NCBI GenBank assembly: GCA_963695225.1
Contig: OY968762.1
Span: 2,272,001-2,336,000, forward strand
Direction of reading: 5' to 3'
Length of the DNA stretch: 64,000 nucleotides
Source: Vulcanimicrobiota bacterium
Lineage (GTDB): Bacteria > Vulcanimicrobiota > Vulcanimicrobiia > Vulcanimicrobiales > Vulcanimicrobiaceae
Shown: positions 20,024-34,053 of the stretch, one piece after another
Position numbering within the stretch: the first letter of the stretch is position 1
Layout: each line of letters starts with the position of its first letter
Translations under genes and position numbers: made by a program
The notes under the pieces: model-generated
The model's database searches: none
What the model was told of the DNA's origin: nothing
Seen by the model: only the letters and a program-made list of their open reading frames with translations

Positions 20024-23000
20024 GTGACCCAAACCTCGCAAAACGGCTCTTCGCGCGGGCTCGACTCGATCGTGATCAGAGGCGCGCGCGAGCACAACCT
20101 CAAGAACGTCGATCTCACGCTGCCGCGCAATCGCCTCATCGTGATCACCGGGCTTTCGGGTTCCGGGAAGTCGTCGCTCGCCTTCGACACGATCTACGCC
20201 GAAGGGCAGCGCCGCTACGTCGAGTCGCTCTCTTCGTACGCCCGGCAGTTCCTGGGGCAGATGGAGAAGCCCGACGTCGATTACATCGAGGGCCTTTCCC
20301 CCGCGATCTCGATCGATCAGAAATCTAGCTCGCGCAACCCGCGCTCGACCGTCGGCACGGTGACGGAGATCTACGACTATTTGCGGCTGCTCTACGCGCG
20401 GATCGGAAAGCCGCACTGTTACAAGTGCGGGCGCGAGGTCAGCGCGCAATCGAGCGAGCAGATCGTCGACGGGATCATGGAGCTTCCCGAAGGTTCGCGC
20501 CTGCAGGTGCTCGCGCCGGTCGTCCGCGGGCGGAAGGGCGAGTACGCGAAGCTGTTCGAGGAGATTGCGAAAGAGGGCTTCGCGCGCGTTCGGGTCGACG
20601 GCGAGACGCGCGAGTTGCGCGAAGCCCACAAGATCGAACTCGACAAGAAACGCAAGCACACGATCGAGGTGATCGTGGACCGGCTCGTGATGAAGCCGGA
20701 TTTGCGCAAGCGTTTGACGGATTCCGTCGAGACGACGCTGCGCCTCTCGAGCGGGATCGTGACCGTCCTCGTCGAGCCCGGGAAGAACGGGGCGGGCGAA
20801 GCGGCGCGGGAGCTGACGTTCAGCGAAAAGCTCGCTTGCGTCTACTGCGGGCTTTCTTTCGAAGAGCTCGCGCCGCGCTTGTTCTCGTTCAACTCGCCGT
20901 ACGGCGCCTGCCCCGATTGCACGGGCTTGGGCGTCAAGATCGAAATCGATCCTTGGAAGGTGATCCCCGACCGTTCGAAATCGATCGAGGGCGGTGCGAT
21001 CGTTCCGTGGAGCAAGGCGCTCGGCGGCGGACGCTTCCCCTCGATGAATCCGTACTATCTCCAACAAGTAGAGGCGCTGCTGCGCTCGCGCCGCGTGAAG
21101 ATGTCGACGCCGATCGAGAAGATGCCGGACGACCTCGTCGAGACGATCCTCTACGGCTCGGATCAGAAGCGGAAGTTCACGTACGAGTCGCGCAGCGGGC
21201 ATGCCTGGAATTACGAGACCGTCTTCGAAGGCGTCGTTAACAACCTGCAGCGCCGGCACAGCGAGACGAGCTCGGAGATGGTCAAGGAAGACATCGAGAA
21301 ATACATGTCCGCGAACACTTGCGCGACGTGCCAAGGCGCGCGCCTCAAACCCGAAGCGCTCGCGGTCACCGTGGGCGGGAAGAACATCCACGCGCTCACG
21401 ACGATCTCGGTCGAGAAGGCGGAGGCGTTCTTCCGCGAGTTCTCGCCGAACCGGCGCGAGGAGCAGATCGCGCACCAGGTGCTCAAGGAAATCCGCGCGC
21501 GGCTCGGGTTCCTCACGAACGTCGGGCTCGGGTACTTGAGCCTTTCGCGCAGCGCGACCACGCTCTCCGGCGGGGAGACGCAGCGGATCCGCCTCGCGAC
21601 GCAGATCGGCAGCTCGCTCGTCGGCGTCCTCTACATCTTGGACGAACCGTCGATCGGCTTGCATCAGCGCGACAACGACCGGCTGCTGGCGACGCTCAAG
21701 ACGCTGCGCGATCTCGGGAACACGCTGATCGTCATCGAGCACGACGAAGATACGATGCGCGAGGCCGACGTGATCGTCGATATCGGGCCCGGCGCGGGGG
21801 CGGAGGGCGGGCGCATCCTCACGGTCGGCACGCTCGCCGAGATCGAACGGAATCCCGAGTCGCTGACGGGCGCGTATCTCTCCGGCCGGAAATTCATCCC
21901 GATCCCGCGCCGGCGGCGCGAGCCGCGCTCGTGGCTCTCGGTGCGCAAGGCGACGGCGAACAATCTCGAAGGCATCGACGTCGAGTTTCCGATCGGCGTC
22001 TTCGCCTGCGTGACGGGCGTCAGCGGGAGCGGAAAATCGAGCCTCGTGAACGAGGTGCTGGTCAAGGCGCTCAACCAGCATCTGCACGGCCAGCCCGCGG
22101 GCGGTACGTATGGGACGGTCAAGGGCGCCGAAGCGCTCGACAAGCTCGTCGTGATCGATCAATCCCCGATCGGGCGGACGCCGCGCTCGAACCCGGCGAC
22201 GTACACGGGCGCGTTCGATCTGATCCGCGAGCTGTTCTCGCTCGTTCCGGAATCGAAGTTGCGCGGCTACGGCCCCGGCCGCTTCTCGTTCAACGTGAAG
22301 GGCGGGCGTTGCGAATCGTGCGAAGGCGACGGCATCATCAAGATCGAGATGCACTTCCTCCCGGACGTGTACGTCCCGTGCGAAGTCTGCAAGGGGAAGC
22401 GTTACAACGCGCAGACGCTCGAGATCAAGTACAAAGGGAAATCGATCGCGGACGTCCTCGAGATGCGCGTCGACGAGGCCTCGGAGTTCTTCAGCGCGAT
22501 CCCGCGCATCCACAACCGGCTGCGTACGATCGCGGACGTCGGCCTGGGTTACATCAAGATGGGGCAGCCCGCCACGACGCTCTCCGGCGGCGAGGCGCAG
22601 CGGGTGAAACTCGCGACCGAGCTTTCCAAACGCGCGACGGGCCGCACGTTCTACGTGCTGGACGAACCGACGACGGGGCTCCACTTCGCCGACATCCACA
22701 AGCTGCTCGAAGTCCTGGAGCGCCTCGTCAAACTGGGGAACACGGTCCTCACGATCGAGCACAACCTCGACGTCGTGAAGACCGCGGATTACCTGATCGA
22801 TCTCGGCCCCGAAGGCGGCGACCGCGGCGGCCTCGTCGTCGCGACGGGGACGCCGGAGGAAGTCGCGCGCGCCGAGGGTTCGTTCACCGGCGAATATCTG
22901 CGCGCCGTGCTGACGGATGCGCGTGCGCACGGCTTGCGCGCCGATCGCACGCACATGGCGGAATTGGAGAAAGAGAACCTCGCCGCGCTCCACGGCCTCG

Positions 23001-23032
23001 TCGAAGCCGGCCGCGCAACCGTGGAGCGCTAG
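20024..23032 (+). CDS. uvrA: excinuclease ABC subunit A
   Basis: Two ABC modules ([23 protein letters not shown]), zinc fingers. Confidence 0.97.
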   Translation: MTQTSQNGSSRGLDSIVIRGAREHNLKNVDLTLPRNRLIVITGLSGSGKSSLAFDTIYAEGQRRYVESLSSYARQFLGQMEKPDVDYIEGLSPAISIDQKSSSRNPRSTVGTVTEIYDYLRLLYARIGKPHCYKCGREVSAQSSEQIVDGIMELPEGSRLQVLAPVVRGRKGEYAKLFEEIAKEGFARVRVDGETRELREAHKIELDKKRKHTIEVIVDRLVMKPDLRKRLTDSVETTLRLSSGIVTVLVEPGKNGAGEAARELTFSEKLACVYCGLSFEELAPRLFSFNSPYGACPDCTGLGVKIEIDPWKVIPDRSKSIEGGAIVPWSKALGGGRFPSMNPYYLQQVEALLRSRRVKMSTPIEKMPDDLVETILYGSDQKRKFTYESRSGHAWNYETVFEGVVNNLQRRHSETSSEMVKEDIEKYMSANTCATCQGARLKPEALAVTVGGKNIHALTTISVEKAEAFFREFSPNRREEQIAHQVLKEIRARLGFLTNVGLGYLSLSRSATTLSGGETQRIRLATQIGSSLVGVLYILDEPSIGLHQRDNDRLLATLKTLRDLGNTLIVIEHDEDTMREADVIVDIGPGAGAEGGRILTVGTLAEIERNPESLTGAYLSGRKFIPIPRRRREPRSWLSVRKATANNLEGIDVEFPIGVFACVTGVSGSGKSSLVNEVLVKALNQHLHGQPAGGTYGTVKGAEALDKLVVIDQSPIGRTPRSNPATYTGAFDLIRELFSLVPESKLRGYGPGRFSFNVKGGRCESCEGDGIIKIEMHFLPDVYVPCEVCKGKRYNAQTLEIKYKGKSIADVLEMRVDEASEFFSAIPRIHNRLRTIADVGLGYIKMGQPATTLSGGEAQRVKLATELSKRATGRTFYVLDEPTTGLHFADIHKLLEVLERLVKLGNTVLTIEHNLDVVKTADYLIDLGPEGGDRGGLVVATGTPEEVARAEGSFTGEYLRAVLTDARAHGLRADRTHMAELEKENLAALHGLVEAGRATVER

Positions 23033-23036
23033 AGCG

Positions 23037-24104
23037 CTACGGCGATTTCAGCGAAGCGATGTCGATCACGAAGCGGTAGCGAACGTCGCTCTTGAGGACG
23101 CGCTCGTAGGCCTCGTTGACGTTTTGGATCGAGGTCAGTTCGATGTCGGACGCGAGCCCATGCTCGCCGCAGAAATCCAGCATCTCCTGCGTTTCGCGAA
23201 TGCCGCCGATCAGCGAACCGGCAATGCTCCGGCGGCCCTGCACGAGCGAAAACGCGCCGAGGGGGACGAGATCTTCGGGGACGCCGACCACGACGAACGT
23301 GCCGTCGACCTTCAGCAGGCCGAGATACTCGTTCCAATCCAAGGCGGCCGAAACGGTGTTGACGATCAAGTCGAACGAGGCCCGGAGCTTCTTGAACGTC
23401 GCGGGATCGGAGGTGGCGTAGAAGTGATCGGCTCCGAGACGCTTCGCGTCGGCCTGCTTGCGAAGCGAATGGCTGAGCACCGTGACCTCCGCGCCGAGCG
23501 CGTGCGCGAGCTTGACGCCCATGTGGCCGAGCCCCCCGAGACCGACGATTGCCACTCGTTTCCCAGGCCCGGCGTGCCAGTGCCGCAGAGGCGAATAGAG
23601 CGTGATTCCGGCGCAGAGCAGCGGCGCAGCGGCGTCGAGCGGGAGATTGTCGGGGATCCGCAGGACGTAGTTCTCGTTCACGACGATCCGTTCCGAATAC
23701 CCGCCGTACGTCGGCGTCGTGCCGTCGCGCTCCGTTCCGTTGTACGTGAAGGACGTGTGCACGAGGCAGAACTGCTCGAGACCTTGCTTGCAGTATTCGC
23801 ACGTTCCGCACGAATCGACGAAACATCCGACGCCTACGCGGTCGCCGGCCTTGTACTTGGTAACGGCGTCCCCGACGCGCGCCACGATCCCGACGATCTC
23901 GTGCCCCGGCACCATCGGAAAGATGGAGCCGCCCCATTCGTCGCGGGCTTGGTGGATATCGGAATGGCAGATGCCGCAATACTTGATCTCGATGACCACA
24001 TCGTGCGGCTGCGGCTCGCGCCGCTCGAACACGAACGGTGCGAGCGGAGCCTTAGCTCGCGGAGCGGCATAACCTTTAGTCTGAAGCGCAATCGTCGTTG
24101 ACAT
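23037..24104 (-). CDS. NAD(P)-dependent zinc alcohol dehydrogenase (cinnamyl-ADH family)
   Basis: [36 protein letters not shown]. Confidence 0.92.
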   Translation of the reverse strand: MSTTIALQTKGYAAPRAKAPLAPFVFERREPQPHDVVIEIKYCGICHSDIHQARDEWGGSIFPMVPGHEIVGIVARVGDAVTKYKAGDRVGVGCFVDSCGTCEYCKQGLEQFCLVHTSFTYNGTERDGTTPTYGGYSERIVVNENYVLRIPDNLPLDAAAPLLCAGITLYSPLRHWHAGPGKRVAIVGLGGLGHMGVKLAHALGAEVTVLSHSLRKQADAKRLGADHFYATSDPATFKKLRASFDLIVNTVSAALDWNEYLGLLKVDGTFVVVGVPEDLVPLGAFSLVQGRRSIAGSLIGGIRETQEMLDFCGEHGLASDIELTSIQNVNEAYERVLKSDVRYRFVIDIASLKSP

Positions 24105-24250
24105 ACTAGGAGTATACCCAGCGCGCACCAGTTTGCCTCTATGTGATTCTCCCTTTGCCTCGACGTCGATGGTGATCGTCACGTCGTCCGAAACTGGGAT
24201 GCGGATCAATGCCCGCGCTTGACGGGCCATAAGCATCCCAAGGTGCGGGG

Positions 24251-26989
24251 TCAGAGCGCCGGTTGATCCTTCGCGGCGGAGACGTGCGCTGCGAGCTGCG
24301 CGCGTGAACTGAAGCCGAGCTTTTGGTAGATCGAGCCGAGGTGCTTCTCCACCGTCTTGTGGCTGATCGCGAGTTCGCGCGCGATCTCGAGATTCGAGCG
24401 TCCGCGTGCGACGAGCGCAGCGATTTCGCCTTCGCGGTTGGAGAGACCGACTGGCCGGGTCGCCGCCGCGGCGACGTGCGCCGGCGGAGCGTCGCTTTCG
24501 CCGCTGCGTTCGAGCCGGCGCACGTCCGCAAGCGCGCCGATGCGGCGGTAGATCGCGAATGCCGCTGCGCGCTCGCCGGCGAGTTCGAGAGCGGCGGCTT
24601 CCCACAGCGGATAGCGCAGGCGCCGGAAGCCGGCGGCGGCCGCCCGGGCATGCTCCCTGACGTTCTTCGGATTCCCGCGCGTGCGCTGCGCGACGAGCGC
24701 GTCGAAGAGTGCGAGCGCGGGGCGGTCGACGACGTCGATCGGAGCGTCTGCGGCGCGCGCCAGCGTCGCGCGCGCCTTCCCGAAGTCGTCCGGCGCGCCG
24801 ATGCGCGCGACGGTGAGCAGCGTCATGAATAGGCCGCGCGGCGCGTCGCCGAAATCGATCGCGGTGTGCAGCAGCGCTTGCGCCTCTTCGGTGCGGCCGC
24901 GCCGGTGGAGAATCTCGGCATACCCGGCGGCGTAAATCACCGCCCCGAAGGGTGAGATCGAACCATGCAGCCGGTCGAACCAATGCTCGATCAGCGCGTC
25001 GTCGCCGAGGTGCAAACCGGCGAGCGCCCCCCAGGCGGCGGCATGGGCCAACGCCACGCCGCTATCGGTCGGGAGCGAGCGCACCGCATCGAGGGCGCGG
25101 CGCGTCCCTTCGAGATCGCCGGTCGAGAGCAGGGCAAACGCCGACATGGCGTACGCCGCGGATTCCGCCATGCGGTTGCGCTGCGCGCGCGCGACGGCGA
25201 GCGAGCTTTCGAAATGGTGCATCGCCTCCTCGTGGCGGCCGAGGATCGAGAGATACATCCCGCTGTTGTGGTGGACCAGCGCCGAGAGGCCGGGTTTGAG
25301 CGACGCGCGCGCCGCGGCGAGCAACGGTTCGAGTTCGGCGAGGAAATGCTCTACGTCGGCGACGATGTAGAACACCATCGCGCGCGTGCTGTGATAGGAG
25401 TACCGCAAGTCGGCGTCGGCATTGGTTACGGTCATCTCGACGTGGTCGAGGTGGCGAAGCGCTTCGGCCGGGCGATAGCGCATCGCGGCGAGATGCGCGA
25501 TGCCCAGATGCAAGCGGCTACGCGCCGTCGCGTCGGGCGGCCCGAGCCGCTCGAGCATCGCCTCGAGCTCGGCCGCCGGCTCGCTCTTCCCAAGCCGGTA
25601 ACTCTGGACGGCCGCGTTCACGCGGTACTCCGCCTCCGCCTCGCTGTCGCCGATCCGGCGCAAGATCTCGGCCGCCTCGGAGAACGCCGCGAGCGCGCCG
25701 TCGTTGAAACCGTTGACGACGCGGCGTTGCGCGATCTTCTCGAGGATGCGCGCGCGGTCGTGCGAGATCGGATCGACGGATTCGAGCGCCCGCTCGTAAT
25801 ACGCGATCGCGTCGTCGTGGGCGAAGACGCGCCCCGCGGCATCGCCCGCGAGTTCGTTGTACTGCGCGGCTTGCTGCCGGTCGCCGGCGGCCCACCAATG
25901 GTAGGCCAGGCTCTCGACGGAGCGCTGATCTTCGGGGACGGACTCGAGGACGAGCGCGATCTTCCGGTGCAACGGGCGAACCTGCGCCGCGAGGAAATCT
26001 CCGTAGATCGCCTCGCGCGTGAGGGCGTGCCGGAAACTGAAGGCGGCCGCCGATTCCTCCTCGACGAGCTGAAAATCGCGGGCGCGGCGCAGCGTCGGCA
26101 ACAGCGCGGCGACGTCGGTCTCCAGCGTCGCCGCGAGCAGCCCTACGTCGAACCGCCGGCCGATCACGGCTGCCTGCGCGAGGATGCGCCGCTCGCCCTC
26201 GTCGAACGGCCGCAACCGCTCCATGAGGGCCGCGCGGACGGTCGTCGGCAGGAAGCGCGCCGCAACGCTGCGTTCGGTTTCGGCTCGCTCGACGGCGCTC
26301 TTGAGCAGCTCTTCCGTGAAGAACGGATTCCCGTCGCTCGTGTGCGCGATCGCTCGCCGCGTTTCGCTCGAAAGGTCGAAGCCCTCTAGTGCCTCGTCGA
26401 TGAAGAGGCGCAGTTCCGCTTCGTCGAGCGGAGCGAGTTCGATGCGCCCGGCGCGCGGCGCTCGCCCGAGCTTTGCGATCGCCGCGAACGTCGGATGGTC
26501 GGTGTGGAAGACCTCGGGCCGGTACGACGCGACGATGAGGATGCGCGCCGTCTCGATCGTCCCGGCGAGATAGTCCAACAGTTCGAGCGTCGCCGCATCG
26601 GCCCAGTGCAAGTCCTCGACGATCGCGACGAGCGCGGTCCGCTCGGAGGCGCGCGCGAACGCCTGCACGACGGCATCGAATTGCTCGCGTTTCGAGGCAG
26701 CCGGGACGAGTTCGGCGGCTGCCGGATCGAAGCGCGCGAGGACGTCGAGGATGGGGCCGTACGGCCGCTGCGCGAACTCGAGCGAGAGCCCGACCCCGAT
26801 GCGGACGCGCGTCTTCGCGAGGGACTTCCTGAATTCGGAGAGCAGGCGCGACTTGCCGAGGCCCGCTTCCCCGGAGACGAACACGAGCCCGCCGTGCGAC
26901 GCGCTCGCTTCGCGGCGTCGCTCCTGCAAGTACTCGAGTTCTTCTTGCCGCCCGATAAAGCGGCGACAAATGATCGGGCGAACGATCAA
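24251..26989 (-). CDS. large AAA-ATPase / TPR / LuxR-HTH transcriptional regulator (LAL/STAND type)
   Basis: Walker A GEAGLGKS, Walker B EDLHWAD, GNPFF, FRHAL, C-terminal LSNREGEIA...TVEKHL HTH; TTG start overlaps upstream TGA. Confidence 0.9.
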   Translation of the reverse strand: MIVRPIICRRFIGRQEELEYLQERRREASASHGGLVFVSGEAGLGKSRLLSEFRKSLAKTRVRIGVGLSLEFAQRPYGPILDVLARFDPAAAELVPAASKREQFDAVVQAFARASERTALVAIVEDLHWADAATLELLDYLAGTIETARILIVASYRPEVFHTDHPTFAAIAKLGRAPRAGRIELAPLDEAELRLFIDEALEGFDLSSETRRAIAHTSDGNPFFTEELLKSAVERAETERSVAARFLPTTVRAALMERLRPFDEGERRILAQAAVIGRRFDVGLLAATLETDVAALLPTLRRARDFQLVEEESAAAFSFRHALTREAIYGDFLAAQVRPLHRKIALVLESVPEDQRSVESLAYHWWAAGDRQQAAQYNELAGDAAGRVFAHDDAIAYYERALESVDPISHDRARILEKIAQRRVVNGFNDGALAAFSEAAEILRRIGDSEAEAEYRVNAAVQSYRLGKSEPAAELEAMLERLGPPDATARSRLHLGIAHLAAMRYRPAEALRHLDHVEMTVTNADADLRYSYHSTRAMVFYIVADVEHFLAELEPLLAAARASLKPGLSALVHHNSGMYLSILGRHEEAMHHFESSLAVARAQRNRMAESAAYAMSAFALLSTGDLEGTRRALDAVRSLPTDSGVALAHAAAWGALAGLHLGDDALIEHWFDRLHGSISPFGAVIYAAGYAEILHRRGRTEEAQALLHTAIDFGDAPRGLFMTLLTVARIGAPDDFGKARATLARAADAPIDVVDRPALALFDALVAQRTRGNPKNVREHARAAAAGFRRLRYPLWEAAALELAGERAAAFAIYRRIGALADVRRLERSGESDAPPAHVAAAATRPVGLSNREGEIAALVARGRSNLEIARELAISHKTVEKHLGSIYQKLGFSSRAQLAAHVSAAKDQPAL

Positions 26990-27582
26990 GCAGTGCTCCG
27001 GTGGCTCCGAATCCGGCGGATCTTGTCGGCGACGCGTGCGTGCGCTCTGGTGCGGCCGTCGAGCAAGCTCAAGGCGCGCTCGTAATGTACGAGGGCCTGC
27101 TCCTCGGCGTGCAGGGCGCCGGCACGATCTCCAGCTTCTTCGCAATAGCGCGAACCCCGCTTGCGGTCCCCGGCAGCCCACCAGTGGTAGGCCAACTCTT
27201 CGACCGTATGCCGCGACGCGCCGGGCGCCGTTTCCAGGACGGACGCGATTGCCCGGTGCAACGGGCGGACGCGGTACGCGACCAACTCGCCGTAGATCGC
27301 TTCGCGCGTCAGCGCGTGCCGGAACGAGAACCTGCCGCGAACGGTGCGGTCGGCTTCGAGCAACTGCAAAGCGCAGGCCCGCCGGAGCGCCCGCTCGATT
27401 GCGGGGATCGTCCGGCCGCTCGCGGCGGCGAGGACGGCGATATCGAAAGACCGCCCGCACGCGGCCGCGCTCCTGAGGAGTTCGCGCTCCTCCGCGCCTA
27501 GCGGCTCGAGCCGCTCGAGCAGCGCCGCGCGAACCTCCGGCGGCATGCTCGCCGTGCCGCCCGGCGGGTTGGATGCGATCAT
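26986..27582 (-). CDS. stand-alone paralogue of the winged-helix/arm region of the downstream regulator
   Basis: Shares VRAALx[39 protein letters not shown] with the 24251-26989 protein. Confidence 0.8.
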   Translation of the reverse strand: MIASNPPGGTASMPPEVRAALLERLEPLGAEERELLRSAAACGRSFDIAVLAAASGRTIPAIERALRRACALQLLEADRTVRGRFSFRHALTREAIYGELVAYRVRPLHRAIASVLETAPGASRHTVEELAYHWWAAGDRKRGSRYCEEAGDRAGALHAEEQALVHYERALSLLDGRTRAHARVADKIRRIRSHRSTA

Positions 27583-28037
27583 CGACCCCTCGAAACGGTG
27601 AAGCTCGTTTCGATCCGTTGGAACGTGCACTGAAGTTGGGGCATGACGGCTTCCGGCGCGCTCATCACGAGCATCCACGCGTCGGCCCCGAACGGCGCGG
27701 CGACGATCTTTTGCAGGGCGCTCCGCCCCTCGCCCTTCGTCGCGCTGTAGAGTAAGTAGATCCCGCGGCTCCCCCCGAGCGTGGCCTGCCCTTGCTCGAT
27801 GATGCTCGGGTTCGGGGTCTGCTCGAGCATCTGCGCGCAGGCGTCCGCGATCGCGCCGTGATCGAGCCCCCCGGCTTCGATCTTGATGACCGAGACCCAC
27901 GCACCGAAGCCGTCGCTGCCTGAGAGCGTCCCGCCGGCGTTCGACGTCTTCCACGAATCCGGGAAATAGATGCTGAATTCGCCTTGTTGATCGCCCCGCC
28001 CGGCCCGTGAGCGCGCAAGCGCCCGGTCCTTCGTCAC
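27579..28037 (-). CDS. hypothetical protein, PsbP/DcrB-like pattern
   Basis: GGAGGAG RBS before [13 protein letters not shown] and [12 protein letters not shown] overlap with next gene. Confidence 0.6.
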   Translation of the reverse strand: MTKDRALARSRAGRGDQQGEFSIYFPDSWKTSNAGGTLSGSDGFGAWVSVIKIEAGGLDHGAIADACAQMLEQTPNPSIIEQGQATLGGSRGIYLLYSATKGEGRSALQKIVAAPFGADAWMLVMSAPEAVMPQLQCTFQRIETSFTVSRGR

Positions 28038-28100
28038 CGTTCTCCTCCGAGGGCCTCTCCCCGGCCCGCCACCCTGCAACGATAGCGGGCGGCACGGCTG

Positions 28101-28120
28101 CCGCGCATGGGGAGAAGCCC
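28101..28120. repeat. 20-bp direct repeat copy 1 (CCGCGCATGGGGAGAAGCCC)
   Basis: Identical copy at 29135-29154. Confidence 0.85.
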
Positions 28121-28131
28121 TACCTGCGAGG

Positions 28132-29049
28132 CTAATATCCCATCTGCTTGAGATCGTAACTGCTGACCTCGTGCATGTTCTCCGATGGATGCACGGGGTT
28201 GTGCCCGTCGAAGTGGATGTAGTCGTAAGCGGAGCCCTCGTAGCGGTCTCCGTTGCTCGTGTCCGCCGTCCCCCACGGGTCGGTAGCGTAGACCTTGCCG
28301 CCCTCGAGGTCGGAGATCCAGTAGCTGTTCCCGCGGCGGTAGTCGTCGCCGCGCGCGTCCTGGGCATCCTTGCGGGCCGCGCGGGCCTCGTAATCGCTTT
28401 GATTCTCGTGGATCGCGTCGTAGAGCCCCTGCATCGCTCCCGCCGTCTGCCGCGCAAGTACGCGCAGATTCGCGAGGATGTCGAGCAACAGCGCCCGCTC
28501 CGAACTGAAGCGCGCGACCGGCGCGATATAGCTGCGGATGCTGATCAATTGCGGATCGGCGTGAAAGAAGAATCGCCCCCGGATCGGCACGCCCTTCAGC
28601 TCGTACGAGAGGGTCGCCACGGCACAGGAAGCGTCGCGATTGCAGATCTGCACGTCCGTGACGGCGAGCTCGGGGTGATTCGAGCCAATCTCGCGCAGCT
28701 TCGCGCCGAGCAGCCTGGGCCCGTTGTATCCTCCCCGCGGGTTCCCCGCATAGACGCTTTCGGCCGCGCTCGTCCCCGCGGGGTCGCTGACGGTGATGCG
28801 CAGCGCGCCGCCGGATGCTCCGCTGCGGACGTTCCAGCCCTGGGGTCTGAACAGGACGAACGCCGGATCGTTCGAGACATAGCGCTGGAGCGCCGCAGCG
28901 TGCGAAGGTGCCGGCAGCGCTAGAGTCAGGGCGCACAGCGCGACCGCGCCGGTAACCGAGCGCCGGGTCATGGTGCCTGCCGGGGAGGCGAGCGCAAACG
29001 GCAGGGCCGCGAGCGCATGGACGAACGGCCTCGGCTTGAAGCTTAGCAT
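28132..29049 (-). CDS. secreted hypothetical protein
   Basis: Signal-peptide-like N-terminus, FVLFRPQGWNV; alternative start 28971. Confidence 0.6.
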   Translation of the reverse strand: MLSFKPRPFVHALAALPFALASPAGTMTRRSVTGAVALCALTLALPAPSHAAALQRYVSNDPAFVLFRPQGWNVRSGASGGALRITVSDPAGTSAAESVYAGNPRGGYNGPRLLGAKLREIGSNHPELAVTDVQICNRDASCAVATLSYELKGVPIRGRFFFHADPQLISIRSYIAPVARFSSERALLLDILANLRVLARQTAGAMQGLYDAIHENQSDYEARAARKDAQDARGDDYRRGNSYWISDLEGGKVYATDPWGTADTSNGDRYEGSAYDYIHFDGHNPVHPSENMHEVSSYDLKQMGY

Positions 29050-29081
29050 GCTGTTCCCTCGTGAGTCCCGCGTCGAAGTAA

Positions 29082-31226
<2,145 letters not shown>

Positions 31227-31232
31227 GGCACG

Positions 31233-34025
31233 GTGACGCGGCCGCCGCGCTCGCCCGGCCTCCCCGCGCTCGCGCTCGCACTCATCCTCGTCTCGCTCTC
31301 GCTCGGCTTCGCTACGGCCGCCGGCGCGGCCGAGGCGACGACCGGTCTGATCGCGGGCACCGTCGCGACTGCGAGCGGAGTGCCGATTGCCGGCGCCACG
31401 GTCTCGGCGGCCGCGCCGTCGGGACGCTATTCAGCCGTCACGGACGTGCGCGGCCGCTTTGCGATCCTCGGCGTCGTCCCGGACACCTACGTGGTGTCGG
31501 CCGAGGCGCCGGGCTTCGAGCCGGTTTCCCAGAGCGGCGTCACCGTGCTCTCCGGGCAGGAACACCGCACGTCTTTTCAGCTGCAGAAGGGCCTGCGCAC
31601 GATCGGCGCCGTCCGCACGCGCAGCGCGGCCTTTGAGGTCGGCGCCCCGAGCGACACGTTCCACGTCGACGGCGATGCGGCGCGCGCCGGGTTCCCGACG
31701 ACCTCCTCCGCCGGGCTCGCGAGTTATACGCAGGGCACCGTTCAGGGCGCGATCGCGAATGTGCCGGGCGTCGATCTCGATCCCTTCGCGAACGCGATCT
31801 TGCGCGGCGGCCGCGTCAGCGACACGGTCTTCGATTATGACTCCGTGCCGATTCCGCAGGGACTCATCGCCGAGCCCGGCGGCAACATCGACGGCGCCCA
31901 GCTTCCGACGACCGGGATCGCGTCGACCAACGTCACGCTCGCCGGCTATTCGAACGAGAGCGACAACGCGCTCGGCGGCATCGTGAATCAGATTCCCGCC
32001 GCCGGTTTCTACCCGGGCCGCTCGGCTTTCGAGATTGCGGACGGGATTGGAACGAAGTACCAATCGTTCGACGTGCAGATCCTGCGGGCGACGCCGGATC
32101 TCAAGTGGCGCTACGCCTTCGCGAGCAATCTGTCGAGCGAGTATTTCAAGTATGGCGACGGGCACACGTTCTACCCGGCCGAAGCCGCGACGTACGGCCT
32201 CTCGCTGCAGACGCGCGGCCAGTACTCGATTGCTGCGAACGCGCACTATCAAGCGACGCCGAAGGACGACGTCTCGCTGCTGACGCTGATCGGCCAGGCG
32301 GCATACAATCAGTTCGGTTCGCCATTTGCCGGCCAAACGGTCGGACGGTTCGACGGAGCGACGACGGTGTACCCCGGCGAAACCGACCCGAACGCGCCGG
32401 TGAACTACGCGGCCGGCGTCCGCGGCAGCTACGATGTCGTCAAAGCGCAGTGGCAGCACACCGGCGCGCACGTCTTCTCTCGGCTGCAACTCTATCAATC
32501 CCGCACCGGGTCCTCGGCGGGCGGACCGTTTTGGGACGAGAACGGCTTTCCGGACGGCTCGATCTCGCTGTTCCAGACGTCCCGGCAGCAGCAGTACGGC
32601 GTCAATCTGGACAACGACGCGGTGTTCGGCCGTCACCGCGTGCGCTTCGGCGCGGAGTATCGAACGAATACCTCGTACCTCGACCAGGTCGTCCCGACCG
32701 CGGACGAGACCATAACGTCTCATCCGACGATCGGTTCGTATCTGGCGTATGCCGGCGACACCTGGTCCGTCACGGATCGGCTCGAACTCTCGGGGGCCGC
32801 TCGCGCGACGCACGCGACGTTCAAGCCCAGCGCCGGCACGGCATACGATCTCGGAGCGATCGATCCCCATTTCGGCGCTTCGTATCGTCTCGGGACGAAG
32901 TACGCGTTGCGGTTCAACTTCGACCGCATCGCGGTAGCGCCCGCACCGCTGGAAGTCGACCGCGTGGATTCAGCGAACGTCGATTCCGGCGGGAATCCGG
33001 CGCCGTTTGTGCCGCTTGCCGCGGAGACGGCCGACGACTTCACCTATTCGTTCGAAGGCGGCGGGCGCACGCAATTCCGCGTGACGTACTTTCAGAAGCT
33101 CGAAAGCAACCTGATCGACGTCCTCCCGTTCAACTTCCGTTCGGCGGTTTCGGCGGGCGTCAACCCCGGCGGCGTCGGCGTGCCGACGAACGTCGGGAAG
33201 CTCCGCGCGAGCGGCCTCGAGGTGTATCTGAAGAACGGCGGATTCTCGTTGAACGCGAGTCTGAACCGCGCGTCTTCCTCGAGCGCGTCGCAATACGCCT
33301 ACAACGGCTTGAACGCACCGGCGATCGTTGCCGGCCACCTCTTTCCGGCGAGCTACCTGCCGGATTTCACGGCCGAGCTTGCCTACGAGTTCGTCACCGC
33401 GTCCAGACGCGTGCGCATCACGCCGTCGCTCTCGTACTCGACCGGCTACCCGTACGGCAACGGAAAGATGGCTTGGATCTTCGACCCGGTGACGGGCAAG
33501 CCGATTCAGGTTCCCAACGACAACTACGTCAATCCGGGCGCCAACTACTACTTCCTCGCGAATCCATCGCAGCCGTACGACGCGGCGACGAATCCCTACA
33601 TCGGGAACCTGGGCACGAACGAGGGGAACGATCCGAATACGCTGCGCTCGACGCCGCAGCTCACCGTCAACCTGCACGTCGAAGCCGACCTTGCGCCGCG
33701 GCTCACGGCGATTCTCGACGTTGCGAACCTCTTGGGCAACTCCGCGCCGACGGCGTACCAGAACAATCCGTATCTGATCGGGCCGCCCGGATATACCGGC
33801 GGGAGCGCGGCGTACGCAGCATGCTACGGCCAAATCCTCGCGGGCACGGCGCCGTGCGCACCCGCCTTGCCCGCCGGAACGACGCCGTATTCGCTCGGCA
33901 ACGGGGTCCCGACGAACGACGGCGTCACGCAATCCGTGCCGTGGACGTACGGCACGGCCGCATATATCCCGCAGAGCTATCCGCTGGCCCGCACGCTGCA
34001 GCTCCGCTTGAGGTACCGCATCTAA
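31233..34025 (+). CDS. TonB-dependent receptor-like outer-membrane protein with carboxypeptidase-regulatory-like N-domain
   Basis: Signal peptide, G-I-G-V beta-sandwich N-terminus, beta-strand-rich body, C-terminal RTLQLRLRYRI. Confidence 0.8.
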   Translation: MTRPPRSPGLPALALALILVSLSLGFATAAGAAEATTGLIAGTVATASGVPIAGATVSAAAPSGRYSAVTDVRGRFAILGVVPDTYVVSAEAPGFEPVSQSGVTVLSGQEHRTSFQLQKGLRTIGAVRTRSAAFEVGAPSDTFHVDGDAARAGFPTTSSAGLASYTQGTVQGAIANVPGVDLDPFANAILRGGRVSDTVFDYDSVPIPQGLIAEPGGNIDGAQLPTTGIASTNVTLAGYSNESDNALGGIVNQIPAAGFYPGRSAFEIADGIGTKYQSFDVQILRATPDLKWRYAFASNLSSEYFKYGDGHTFYPAEAATYGLSLQTRGQYSIAANAHYQATPKDDVSLLTLIGQAAYNQFGSPFAGQTVGRFDGATTVYPGETDPNAPVNYAAGVRGSYDVVKAQWQHTGAHVFSRLQLYQSRTGSSAGGPFWDENGFPDGSISLFQTSRQQQYGVNLDNDAVFGRHRVRFGAEYRTNTSYLDQVVPTADETITSHPTIGSYLAYAGDTWSVTDRLELSGAARATHATFKPSAGTAYDLGAIDPHFGASYRLGTKYALRFNFDRIAVAPAPLEVDRVDSANVDSGGNPAPFVPLAAETADDFTYSFEGGGRTQFRVTYFQKLESNLIDVLPFNFRSAVSAGVNPGGVGVPTNVGKLRASGLEVYLKNGGFSLNASLNRASSSSASQYAYNGLNAPAIVAGHLFPASYLPDFTAELAYEFVTASRRVRITPSLSYSTGYPYGNGKMAWIFDPVTGKPIQVPNDNYVNPGANYYFLANPSQPYDAATNPYIGNLGTNEGNDPNTLRSTPQLTVNLHVEADLAPRLTAILDVANLLGNSAPTAYQNNPYLIGPPGYTGGSAAYAACYGQILAGTAPCAPALPAGTTPYSLGNGVPTNDGVTQSVPWTYGTAAYIPQSYPLARTLQLRLRYRI

Positions 34026-34053
34026 GGCGCCCGCCGGCGGTTTGCTTCGCCCT

